Assembly (NCBI RefSeq): GCF_002113885.1
Contig: NW_018406814.1
Span: forward strand, 352,987 to 416,986
DNA from: Mizuhopecten yessoensis
Taxonomy: Eukaryota
Reading direction: 5' to 3'
DNA: 64,000 bases
Below, in pieces: positions 51,831 to 62,731 of the stretch. How positions within the stretch are numbered: the stretch's first letter is position 1; every line of letters starts with the position of its first letter. A program made the translations under genes and the position numbers. The notes below the pieces were generated by a model. It did not search any database, was not told where the DNA came from, and worked only from the letters and a program-made list of their open reading frames with translations.

Positions 51831-52379
51831 TATCAATGGTGACCTAATGGAAAATACTCTATCGTTCAAAATAATTAAAAAAAAAAAAAAAAAAAAATGT
51901 CCTATTTCAAATCCCTGTAATTCATCTTCGCAGAAAACCATAATGCTTCAAAACAGCAATGTAAGCGTTCTCTTGATATATAGGTCACGGGATGCTTCCA
52001 AACTCGGAACATAAGATACTATACTTACTTCAGTATACCGTCTATTTCAATAATGGTAATTATAAAACTTAATACATCTAGCAGGTTTTAAAACATGTCA
52101 TATTACGTCACAACACTGCATCTCTCATTAAAAATAACAGATGGAGAGTTAGATATAGAGAGAAAGAAGGGAAAACGAATCATAAAATAAATGTTATTTA
52201 AGCCGAGTTTACAGTGACAAAGAAGTGTGACTTTTGTATTGAAATTTACCCGAGATTTTAAGCCCAATGTAACATATCTTTGTACATTGAACAATGAACA
52301 GGTTAGAGTGAGTTAAGTAGCTATAATCCCTATAGTATAGACACCATCGCGGGCAGAAACAGGATTTTTAACGGGGCTA

Positions 52380-53110
52380 ATGTAGGTGGGTTGGATATGG
52401 GTTTGGGTTGTGGTGGAAACCTAGCAGGGTTGAATTTGAGAAGGAATCGTGGACTAAGCCATGGCGGGTTGAATTAGGGTTGGAATCGTGGACGAAACTA
52501 TATATGAAAGGTTGATTTTGGGTGGGGATCGTCGACGAAACCAAGATTGGTTGAATAAGTTGGAATCATGGACTAAACCATGGAGGGTTGAATTCGGATG
52601 GGGATGGTGGGGGAAGTCATATAGGGTTGAATTCGGTTGGGAATCATGGACGAAACCATTGCGGGTTGAATTTTGGTTAGGATCGTGGTGAAAAAGTTGT
52701 ACATGGGTGCAGTAGGTGTTTGGTGGAGTAAGAGGACTACGGAGACATTTGTTTGAGTTAGGATCGAAACCCCAGATAACTGGATTTGTAGGAGTGCATG
52801 GTATAGACCAAGGATAGTACGGATTTTTTGGTTTGACTTGAGTTTGTCTTATTTGATGACGGGTTTTTTTTATAGCTTTTTGGGTTGAGTGAAAGTTCAG
52901 GGTTTACCAGGAAGTGTTGGACTAGGGTTGTGGTTGGGCTAGAGATCACAGATAGTTGAGTTTAAGTTGGGTCAGAGTTGAGAGGGACAAAGGAGACCAC
53001 AGAGAATTGAGTTTAGCTGGGACAGAGAACTGGATGAGGATTTGATATCGGGATTGTGAGTGGAGACTACGGAGAGTTGATTATATGTTGGGGGACGGAT
53101 TGAGTGGTGT
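52380..53110. repeat. Degenerate G/T-rich tandem repeat (about 38 bp)
   Basis: Recurring gggttgaatt.ggttgggaatc(g/a)tggac.aaacc units that decay toward the 3' side. Confidence 0.7.
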
Positions 53111-53355
53111 AAAGAAGCCTTTTAGAAAATATTGAGATCTGGTCAAATTGGCTTTTCGTCGATAAATAATGGGATTGATTTTTGTTTTTTCCAGTATTAA
53201 TGAAAGTATGAACGGGGGGAATTTACTTACACAATGATGTTAGTTAAACTATTCGTAGTGTCTTCAAAAGCATGGTAGACATCAGCTTCAGTTTTTACCT
53301 CATTTTCTTTTTTTTCCATTATTTCTTCAGTAAAGATCCGAGCAGATCAACCGGG

Positions 53356-54942
53356 ATGTCTGAGGTTCCTAGTTCCGCCGGACGTCCTACTTCGGACGGA
53401 ATACAGTTCCGACATGTCGCCGCACCTATCCCCTCTCATGGAGTGTTTCAGGAACGACCGTGTCCTAATCACCCGGGGAAATGGCTGGTGATGGTCTGTA
53501 CCACATGTCGGGACGCGTTCGTCTGTCTCACGTGCATCAACACGTCCCACACCAGTCACATGTTTGTGGAGATTGAAGAGTACTTAGACCTTAAGCGGCA
53601 CCTCTTTTCAAGACTGAAGCAGGTTGCTGACACCAAACTCACAACGCTGAAGCAACGATTAGAAAAAGCAAGAGACACCAAGAAGGAAAGTAAACAGAAC
53701 ATGACCGAATTAGGTGATTATATAAAGAGTCGAGCAGACGAGATGAAGAAGCAAATTGATCAAATCTGTGAAGATTATACGAAACAATGTCGTAATATCG
53801 GACAGAAAAACGATGATTTGCTTGGTCATGTCGAAGACCGGATGCAGCGCCATTTTGATGATTTGTCCGAGGCAGCCGATAAGTGTAAAGAGGTGTTAGA
53901 TCAAGAGAAGTATCAAAATCTTTTACACACGGAGAAAAATCTTAAACAACAAAATAGTCGACCATATGACCTTTTTCCAAACTTGCAAAGTATGGGAATT
54001 ATAATGTCGGACAAAATGACCCGGATGATGACACAGTTCGGGTATATGGACACTCCAATCTGGAAACCAGACCAAGAAGGTCCGGGAAAGGACGAATGGG
54101 GTTCAGATGCTACAAACGACGCTGAGCCGTACAAAGTTAAGCTACTCGGGAGTTTCCAGATGGAGTCTCAGAAGCAGGTCCTGTCGGTCTGCCCTATCGA
54201 CAATACTTCCGCCTGGTTGATTTGTACCGGCAGTAGCGAAGCTACACTCACCACAAACAAAGGCAACATTACTGTACACATGCGTGTGAAGCCTGGCGTG
54301 AAGCTAAACGATATCGTCTGCTCAGCAGATCGAAGCAACGTTTTCTGTTGTGCCCAATCATCCGTAAGAAGTATCCTTCCGGACGGAAAGTACAAAGTGC
54401 TGTTCCGAACGGAAGATTACGCCAGCAGTCTCTGTGAGGCGAAAGATGGTGGCATCATCGTTTGTCACGACGATAAAGGCAAAATGATCCATTACAACGG
54501 TCATGGTGACGTCATCAAGGTCATCACGGAGGATCTGGATGGCTGGAAGCTCTTCTCCTGGCCAAGGAGGGTCAGAGTGAACCGGAAAAACGGAGACATG
54601 GCTGTCATCGAAGAAACCACGCCGAGACATGTTGCTGTGATGGATAGCAAAATGGACGAACTATGCAGATTCCAGGGAATTCCGAATTCTGGAAAGAGCG
54701 AGAAATTGCAAGAGGAACAAAATTTTCTACCGCGTGATATCTGCTTTGACCGGAACAATGACATCATTATCGCCGATTATGGTCACGGCTCAGTGATCGT
54801 GATAGACAGGGACGGACGACTCGTGCGGACGGTCTGGAGAGACGAGATGCCACCCACGTGTGTAGGACTGCAACCCAATGGGGACCTGTGGGTGGGCTTT
54901 CTTGACGGACAGGTCAAGGTTCTCAGATACATTGAACATTGA
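53356..54942 (+). CDS. RING-less TRIM-like protein (B-box, coiled coil, NHL-like beta-propeller; TRIM2/3/71-like), 528 aa, single coding exon
   Basis: B-box CPNH...CTTC..FVCLTC....HTSH, a helical region, and NHL-like repeats (FSWPRRVRVN, FLPRDICFDRNNDIIIADY, GDLWVG). Acceptor tttcttcag at 53330 places the start at ATG 53356; the track ORF begins at 53272 inside the intron. Confidence 0.88.
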   Translation: MSEVPSSAGRPTSDGIQFRHVAAPIPSHGVFQERPCPNHPGKWLVMVCTTCRDAFVCLTCINTSHTSHMFVEIEEYLDLKRHLFSRLKQVADTKLTTLKQRLEKARDTKKESKQNMTELGDYIKSRADEMKKQIDQICEDYTKQCRNIGQKNDDLLGHVEDRMQRHFDDLSEAADKCKEVLDQEKYQNLLHTEKNLKQQNSRPYDLFPNLQSMGIIMSDKMTRMMTQFGYMDTPIWKPDQEGPGKDEWGSDATNDAEPYKVKLLGSFQMESQKQVLSVCPIDNTSAWLICTGSSEATLTTNKGNITVHMRVKPGVKLNDIVCSADRSNVFCCAQSSVRSILPDGKYKVLFRTEDYASSLCEAKDGGIIVCHDDKGKMIHYNGHGDVIKVITEDLDGWKLFSWPRRVRVNRKNGDMAVIEETTPRHVAVMDSKMDELCRFQGIPNSGKSEKLQEEQNFLPRDICFDRNNDIIIADYGHGSVIVIDRDGRLVRTVWRDEMPPTCVGLQPNGDLWVGFLDGQVKVLRYIEH

Positions 54943-55749
54943 CCTTTAAACCAAGCATCAAAGCTGTATTGTGCCTCAGTATTGTCAGGATTTCAAAACG
55001 CCATATAATTTTTGTATGCTCATACTATAAAAGTTACAATCGTTACTACCTATATTATAAAAGGTTTAAAGAAAGATAACTCGTGTGGGTTAATTTAAGT
55101 TTCGCTTGCAATTGGTTTTGTGATGTATACAATGCAGGAAGTGTACTCAATTGGCGTTTTGTCATTTATATTTGAGATTAATGCCCTATAAAATCTTTCA
55201 TATTAAACTGTATTTGTTTTCATTTCTACTAAAACAGATATTGAGTGCATTTAACGACATGAACTGAGAACATGAAAAGTTCATAAAAGTGTAAAGTCTC
55301 ACCAAGTTGATTAACCCATAAAACGTGACCGTAATTGACCTAATACTTGTCAATGTTACCTTGATAACGAAGTTGTGACCGTAACATTAACAGACCTAGG
55401 ATACTCTGATCCCTAATCTTCCCACCCCTACAGGTGGGGGATCGGGAAAAAAACACCAGCTGTTACCCACCACATGTACCGTAGGAGGCGACTAAGCGGG
55501 AACCCCCTGCAGGATTGGGGATTTGCTTTGGTGGACACAAAAGTGACCAAAATAAATCTGCTGCACTCATTGCAATATTCGGGATCTTTATCTTTCTTTC
55601 TACTTTTAACTACCTTTTATTTCCAAGCGCCTTGCTTGGCAACACCTCACTTTTGGCTTACATGTTAAGCGTTCGCCCTGGTGAGGAAGGCAATGGGTTC
55701 TGTCCCTAGGCCGGGACATACCAAAGTCCTTAAAAATGGTAGTTGGTAT

Positions 55750-56269
55750 TGCAATGCCCGATCGTCAGGTACTCAAGACTCTAAGCAGTCTGCCGTCTGG
55801 CCGAGTATCTTTCCTGATGATGCATTGTATAATTTATAAACATATCCGTCTGGTTGTTGGCTTGTGGCAAACTATTCAAGTATGACTCAACAAAGTAATC
55901 AAGTTAAAGTGGAAATTTATTTGTAGACATTAAAGTTACAAGTAAACAATATAAAAGTACACCCCACAGCAGGCTGAGAGGTTACCTATACAATGTTGAG
56001 ATGAGTTGTCTCCCTTTGACTAATTGACAATGTGATTATCTGAACAAAATAGTTGTATCTCTTTAATGTATGCTTCAGACAGAAGCTACCTCATTTCTGT
56101 TGTTAAAGATTCTCTTACTAAACTATTTAGCTGCACATAGTATTTTTGTTCGAAATATATTTCTCCTAAATTGCACCTAGTATATTTCTCCTAATTTCTC
56201 CTAGTACATATCTCCTAAATTGCACCTAGTACATTCCTCCTAAATTGCACCTAGTACATATCTCCTAAA
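55750..56269 (-). mobile_element. Probable LTR inserted in the SINE, truncated by the gap
   Basis: Interrupts the SINE at ggtat|. The minus strand ends ...ggcattgCA, with AATAAA (about 55920) and a TATA-like tatatagg (about 55985) upstream; short internal tandem repeats cctaaattgcacctagtacat. Confidence 0.45.
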
Positions 56270-56313
56270 NACACCAGCTGTTACCCACTGCATGTATCGT
56301 AGGAGGCGACTAA

Positions 56314-57349
56314 AGCCTTGGTCCCAACCCGCCGTACTTGCAAGTGCGTGCTGTCTACTTGCAAAAACGTGGGCAAAATTGGGGGATCCGTACGTGGTGA
56401 GTACCGCCTCAGTACGGATTTGGGAGCACGCAGACACGCCGTAGCACTTTTAGTGCATGAGGAACTTTCGCTGCGTTCGGGATGTGGTCGGGCTACGGAT
56501 TCACCCCAGTGCGGGTGACGCGCGTGCCTTCTACAGCCAATGAGCGCACAACGCACTGACTCCGTGAGTCTTTTAATTTTTTCCCACGGTCACTTGCTCT
56601 ACGGACGTCGCACTTAGCACGTGCGTGCTGCGCACGTGATAAGTGCGTGGCCTGTGCTTACCCGGCACTTCCCCAGTTCTACTGTCCAATGAGCACGCAG
56701 AACGGACGTGGACCGTACGGAGTAAGCACGTGCTCCGCACTTACAACGCACGTTGTGCGCACTGATTTCTGGAGTATATATTAAAGCCGAGCCAACGGAC
56801 GAGTGCCAACATTTCGTCTCCAAGATGCCTAATAAGAGGACACAGAAGAAGGGGTCAGCTGCATCTGCAGCTCAAAAGGCAGCGGATACCTCCAGAGAGG
56901 CCCAACAGAAACGGGCCGCGGAAGATGAGATGGCCAGAGCGGAAGGGGAAGAGGCGAGGAGGAGCGTTCTATACATTTCATCAGACATTGGGCGGATAAA
57001 CTCACGTTCATCGCACTTTCACGCACTTACAACATGCGAGTGAGTAAGGACACCGTACGTGAGCAACACGTGTAAGTACGGCCTCCGTAAAATAACGTGG
57101 CAATCGCGCGGAAATCTTACGTTGTAAGCAAGTTGTAAACACGTACAACTCACTTACCACGTGTGCAACGTACGATGCACGCAATCGCTCACGACCAGGC
57201 GTGGCGTGCGGGTCACGTACTTACACCTTGCGCAACCGTGCGAGTGACGTGCGTTGACGTACTCTTTCCCTGCTCTTGCCACTCCCTCCCGTGGCCTCCC
57301 AAAAAAACGTACGGACTAAAAACACGCAGGGTGGGTTGTGACCGGGCCT
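56314..57349 (+). mobile_element. Non-autonomous PIF/Harbinger transposon, 1036 bp
   Basis: TAA TSD (56311-56313 and 57350-57352), confirmed by the empty site gcgacTAAgcggg near 55490. Imperfect 20-bp TIRs agccttggtcccaacccgcc / ggtgggttgtgaccgggcct. GC-rich interior with a TATA-like sequence and a truncated ORF start MPNKRTQKK. Confidence 0.85.
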
Positions 57350-60300
57350 TAAGCGGGAACCCCCTGCAGAATTGGGGATTTGCTTTGGTGGACACAAAAG
57401 CGACCAAAATAAATCTGCTGCGCCCATTGCAATATTCGGGATCATTATCTTTCTTTCTACTTCTAACTACCTTTTATTTCCTAGCGCCTTGCTTGGCAAT
57501 ACCTCACTTTTGGCTTTCATGTTGAGCGTTCGCCCTGGTGAGGAAGCAATGAGTTCTGTCCTTAGGCCGGGACATACCAAAGTCCTTAAAAATGGTAGTT
57601 GGTATACCCTGCTTAACGTTCAGCATTTAGGGGAATGCCAACAACTTGTTCACCCGTTGTCAGTATAATGTGACCGGATGGAATGCTATGCTTGGTGCCT
57701 TCGGCATGGCATGTCAGTGAGATAGCACTATAAAGTCGGCATCAGATTCGCGCTATCACAAGGAGGCAAGCACACCAATATACCCTGTCTCCTGCATACA
57801 CACAAGCAAGCACGCATACACTACAAACATGGATGCACGTCCTTAAATGTCCTTAACTGTTAATAGACCTTTCTCATTTTGAGGTAGACCGAGCGCGGAG
57901 CGCGGAGACGGACACCTAGAATAGTTAAACAAAATTAACCAAACCAAACCAATCCCTAATCTGCTACGTCACCATCTTGAAATTAAACGACGTTTATTCC
58001 TCAATATCTATATTGTTATGGCAAAATCGACAGATACTATCACACCAATAGCATTGATGGCATGTATAGGGAATAACCCGTTGTTTTGTCAGATGAACAT
58101 CTTTTATATTTCTCCAAGTGATGAACATATTTCATGTTTGATCGAATGACGAATACTGGTCTTTATATCATCGAGTGCATCCGCGAAACTCCACGTGTAA
58201 CGCTCACTTAGTGAAGACGACGTTAGAGAGTAACCCCTGATTTTCGAGACCACCAAGAGGTATTGGTAAAATTAGCCAAAAGGGGACAGAACTATGTGTT
58301 CTGATCTACCTACAAGACGTTTAAGTTGTACACCAGTTCGATATATATACGTTTCGTGTATAGTAGATCTTGTGTCGTCTGGTCGTATCTCTATATCATA
58401 ATCCTTCTGGCCAGAGCGACATGTAACACAATGGCAGGCACGTGTGTACACATACATATAGTCTAAATTGATGTACGTGCGACACATGAGTTGTATTGAT
58501 GTAATGTGTGTACGGTAACAAAAATGCATGAATATGCTGATTAAAATTATTTAAAATAGAAAGCCCCTGAGATGTTCAGATCAAAATAATTTTACGTATG
58601 ACTATAAGGTTTATTTTGATAATTAAACATGAAAAAAGTACTAATTAACGAACTCTTTTTCGTGGAGCAATGTAGCTGTGATGATATACGTAAGCGTGTT
58701 GTCACAAGTGAGAAATAATACGACTAAATGTACAAGAGACATTCTGTAGTATTTCTCTATATTGATAACTTTTTTGTGTTAAATGTACTCAAAACAAATG
58801 TAGATGAGTTGATTTTGGTTTTGTTTGGACAAAATTGATAAATTTGATTCAAATAGACGTGCACTGCATCTGTACGACAGCCCGATGTACTACTAGCCAC
58901 TAGATAACAAATCCGCGGAACAGGACTAAAATATGTTTTATACCTAGAAATATTTCTCTCGACAAGTTTTGTTAAAGTCAAACTTTTCTGATATAACTTA
59001 AAAACTTTCTGTCGTATGACAATTTTGAGGAAATATTTTTTAACGGATTTTCCCCAAAGATATACAAATTGGTTAGTCTTCGGATAGGAACTATTTGAAA
59101 AACATTTTCAGCGCCTTCATAAATAAAGCGAACTCTAGTCTAAAGCATAGTGCAATGAATAACGTTTCATCTCCGCATTTCCAGAACCAGAAGTTCAGTC
59201 TAACTTCATCCTTTTTTTAAAATCCCGATTTTTACCTATGCATGTTAGCGAAAAGCGTGCGCCGATTACCGCAATACCTGTTTCAGTATTTAATGTGTAC
59301 TGTAATCAAAAATCAAAATGCTACTAATACCAACTTAATCTATTATCACACGAAACATCGGTATACATGATATTTATGGCGACTGGTATTGTTGAAAACT
59401 AATACTAATGAACTAGGTTCATTATGAAGAAATAGACGTGTTTTGTTCTTTGGAATCAATTAGTACGTGTTCCTTATCAATCTAATCAGCACTAATCAGC
59501 ATAATAAAGCACTGATTCTATGTAATCTACTCAGAGAGGGGTTCTGAGGATACTATAATGTATACGTTTTATATACGTCCCCCTACTTTCCCCCTCTCCA
59601 TCAAACTCTGCCGATTCATACATGACAAATACTATATGTACTTATATTGCTATATATATATATGTATAGTTTAATATGTAAGTATTTTCCGGTACAAAGT
59701 CAATTGTAATTTGTACACTAAAACAGCCTGGGTGCTAAGACGTATACCTCAACTCAATTCTATGCATGCAATTGCGGTTTTTTTTAAATCTTTTCTTCTT
59801 CAAATGCTTTCTTTTAGCGTTTTGCCGAAGTGTCGGTCTCGGTCTGGCTGTCTGTTTATATATTATCTAGTTTGACACTCTATTTTGATAAGCCGTTATT
59901 GTCCATGGGCGTGAATCTAAATGATGTCTAGCCATGTGTAATACTTATTGGAGACAAAAGACCTTTTGTGCGATCTAGAGATCGGTAATGATAAAATACA
60001 CATAAAAAGACATCTACGATATCAGGACGGATGCCTAAGATAAAAGGCAAATGGGGTTTTTCCTGATTCAATGATGAAATATTATTCCTTAAGCCAACAG
60101 AGATATACATTTCCGTAATAATTTCGTAAAGATTCCACATTGAATTATTCCCATCTTGTTTAAAGCATATTCTGCAACGCAATTTATCGAAAACCTTTCA
60201 GTGTAAATGGAGTTATCGCAGTTTCCGCTGCGAAAAGTTAGTGTTCCGTAGAGGAATCCCGACTGTAACCAGAAGTTTCCGCTGCGGAGTTAGACAAAAA

Positions 60301-60699
60301 AACCCGAGTGTCGTCACTTATGCTTTAATCACAAGGAACTGGTATTACAATATTTGTCAACCGAATAATGTGTATATATTAAATAGATTGATGATATCGT
60401 GGATTGTATATGTATTGTGTCGGTACTAATGTGTTGTTCGCTCCGTCAGACCCATTCCTACACCCGTTAGTACATACATGGCCGAACGCTTTGTTTTATA
60501 ACGTGACACACCTAGTCAATGCACCCTACCTGTCAGGTATGTTACTCGGCAATCAGTTAGTTATAATTAACCCCTCGACTGTCCTGGAGTGATAACACGT
60601 CACAGATTTGTGGCTACGGTAAAGTTTGAAAAAAATGTTGTCAAATGTTCATATTAATATGCCTACATTAAAACTCTATTCCAGCGTGTCTGATTGTAT

Positions 60700-60992
60700 T
60701 ATGTTGATAACATGGTTGGGAAATAAATAATCATGTTTCCCGCTGGCGTTTAACTTTCCTCAGTCACCTTTCCCTTATTCGGATTCTCGATAGCAAAAAT
60801 AAATATGACTGAGGCAATCATCTTTACAGTTGTGTTATACTTGTATTTCGATACACTTCTTCTTTCTAGTGGTAGGCAAGCACGATTCGATTTATCATGT
60901 TTTATTCGGGCTTCGGCCTCGTAAAACATGATTAATCTAAGGGAAACATAGAATCTTGTCTCCCTACAACAAGGGCAATACATGTTTATTGT
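60700..60992. mobile_element. Crypton-like non-autonomous element (tentative)
   Basis: aatcatgttt / aaacatgatt inverted pair around the hairpin cgggcttcggcctcg. Confidence 0.3.
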
Positions 60993-62376
60993 TTTACAAA
61001 TAAAAATCACTTTTAGGTCACGTAATTTAAAAAAAAATAAAAAAAATGGCGCCAGTTGTTAAATAAAAGAGTAGCAGTACATTACTCGAATATATTTGGA
61101 GATCTGCATTACGTTAGATTGTTTCTTCAAAATTTAGCTTTTAAGAAGCCTTCCATCCAGTCGGGACAGTATTTGAACCCTTTTGTGCAATGGACCTCTG
61201 AACTCCAACTAAACTATTTCCCTTGCGTGAAGACAATAATGTCTTGTCCTACTCGGTCTACGTACTCGGTGTAAATCGCCTTCTATTCAAGACATGTCAA
61301 ACAAACAGACACCGTATCGAATAATATCTACCGTATTTAATTAAGCATTATTTGTCTTGTCGTTGTTGGGTACTCATTGTCCTGCAGGTTCGACAACGAG
61401 GCTAATGGCTACCAAATGACACAAAATGGCGGATCTTCAGCGATTTGATTTTTCCTGCAGTAAAATAACAAAATGAAGACAAGGTTGCAACATATCCATC
61501 GTGACGACCAAGAGAGAACTCCAACAAAAAAGGTACACAATCACGTGATCGGTCTGTTGATAACTGTTTCTGTCTGTAATATGATATGACTTTGACGATT
61601 TTCTTTCATCGACCCCTACCAAGGAAGTAATTCGATAAGGCAATCTCGTGATTTAAATACCGGACACCAATGTCCCTCTGAACTTGTGATTTATGTGGTT
61701 TATGTGTTTAAATAGGCGATACTGCCTAATCAACATCTACATACAGTGTATCATTTGTTTTGCAGAAACATTGTCATAAAGTGATTTGTACAATGTTATG
61801 GAATAATCTGCTGCACAACCACAGAATAATACAAAACATAATTAAGACTCTGGCCACACCAAATATAAACATACAATACCTTAGTAAGAGACACAACACA
61901 CCGTCACTAATAAACACAACACATACTACGGTATAACTTGTGTTAACACATACAACATGCTTAGAAAATGTAGGATCCTAATTAATGTTTGCTGTCAGAA
62001 AGCATCGACGTTCACATCATCGTGTCTTGTGTATGTGACTTCTATCTCTGGGGTGGTATTTCAATTGACAGTCTTCAATACCTTCTAAATCTTGTGAATA
62101 TTCGAGATATACCTATGTACTATTTAAATGTCCAATCTGTATCACTTTGAGCCCTGTAATGCTGTTTGTTGAACAAAACATTTCACTGACTGATCCCTTA
62201 TTAGTTAAGTGGAGGATATACCGCAAAAAACTTCTATCTGAAAGCCCATCAGCAAACTTTCATGTATAAGCAACGCTTAATCTTAAGCATTTTCAGCAAT
62301 TTAAGGAAATAGAACTGATTTTTATCGATTTTAACGCTTGATCAGGTGCAGTGTTATAAGCAAAATTAAGGTTTAT

Positions 62377-62489
62377 GGAATAGCACAGTCAGACCGGGAT
62401 TCGAACCCGGGACCCTCCGAACTCTAGACGGATGCTCAACCAATTGAGCTACCTGGTCGGCGACGATCGACCCGGTCCAGTTCCACTAC
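62377..62489 (-). mobile_element. tRNA-like repeat with a 5' leader (Ajax-type tRNA-containing LTR fragment, or a SINE head)
   Basis: Minus strand: gtagtggaactggaccgggtcgatcgtcgcc-gaccaggtagctcaattggttgagcatccgtctagagttcggagggtcccgggttcgaatcccggtctgac. A and B boxes are intact, but the anticodon stem is mismatched and the AGA anticodon lacks a Ser variable arm. Confidence 0.55.
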
Positions 62490-62731
62490 TTTGATACAAA
62501 TGTACTTCCGTTAGTTTCGACCAGATTTTCAGCCTCAAATTATCTTTAACGTAGGATAACGTGTTCAAAGACTTCATCTTAGATATCATAAATTTAGACA
62601 TTTTTTTTATGTTGAGCAATTTCACACATACAGATTTACTACCGGGGTTGATGCACCTATTATAAATCTAAAGTAGGTAACTTATCTTTTCAGATGAAAC
62701 TTCTTTCTGAACATAACTGATCGACAACAAA

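Larger units (their letters stand above)
55420..57951 (+). mobile_element. Composite SINE-like retroelement (long non-tRNA head, degenerate tRNA part, Meta-like body, (aacca)n tail), partly duplicated across the N gap, with nested insertions
   Basis: 11-bp TSD atccctaatct at 55409-55419 and 57952-57962. Segment 55453-55749 is repeated at 56271-56313 plus 57353-57605. Confidence 0.75.

Noticed and set aside
53272-53355. Hydrophobic N-terminus (MVDISFSFYLIFFFFHYFFS) suggesting a signal peptide on the TRIM-like protein
   Set aside because: It is the translated polypyrimidine tract of the acceptor at 53330; the paralog has the same intron position.
62385-62460. Functional tRNA-Ser(AGA) gene
   Set aside because: No long variable arm, a T-T mismatch in the anticodon stem, an imperfect acceptor stem and a repeat-type leader.
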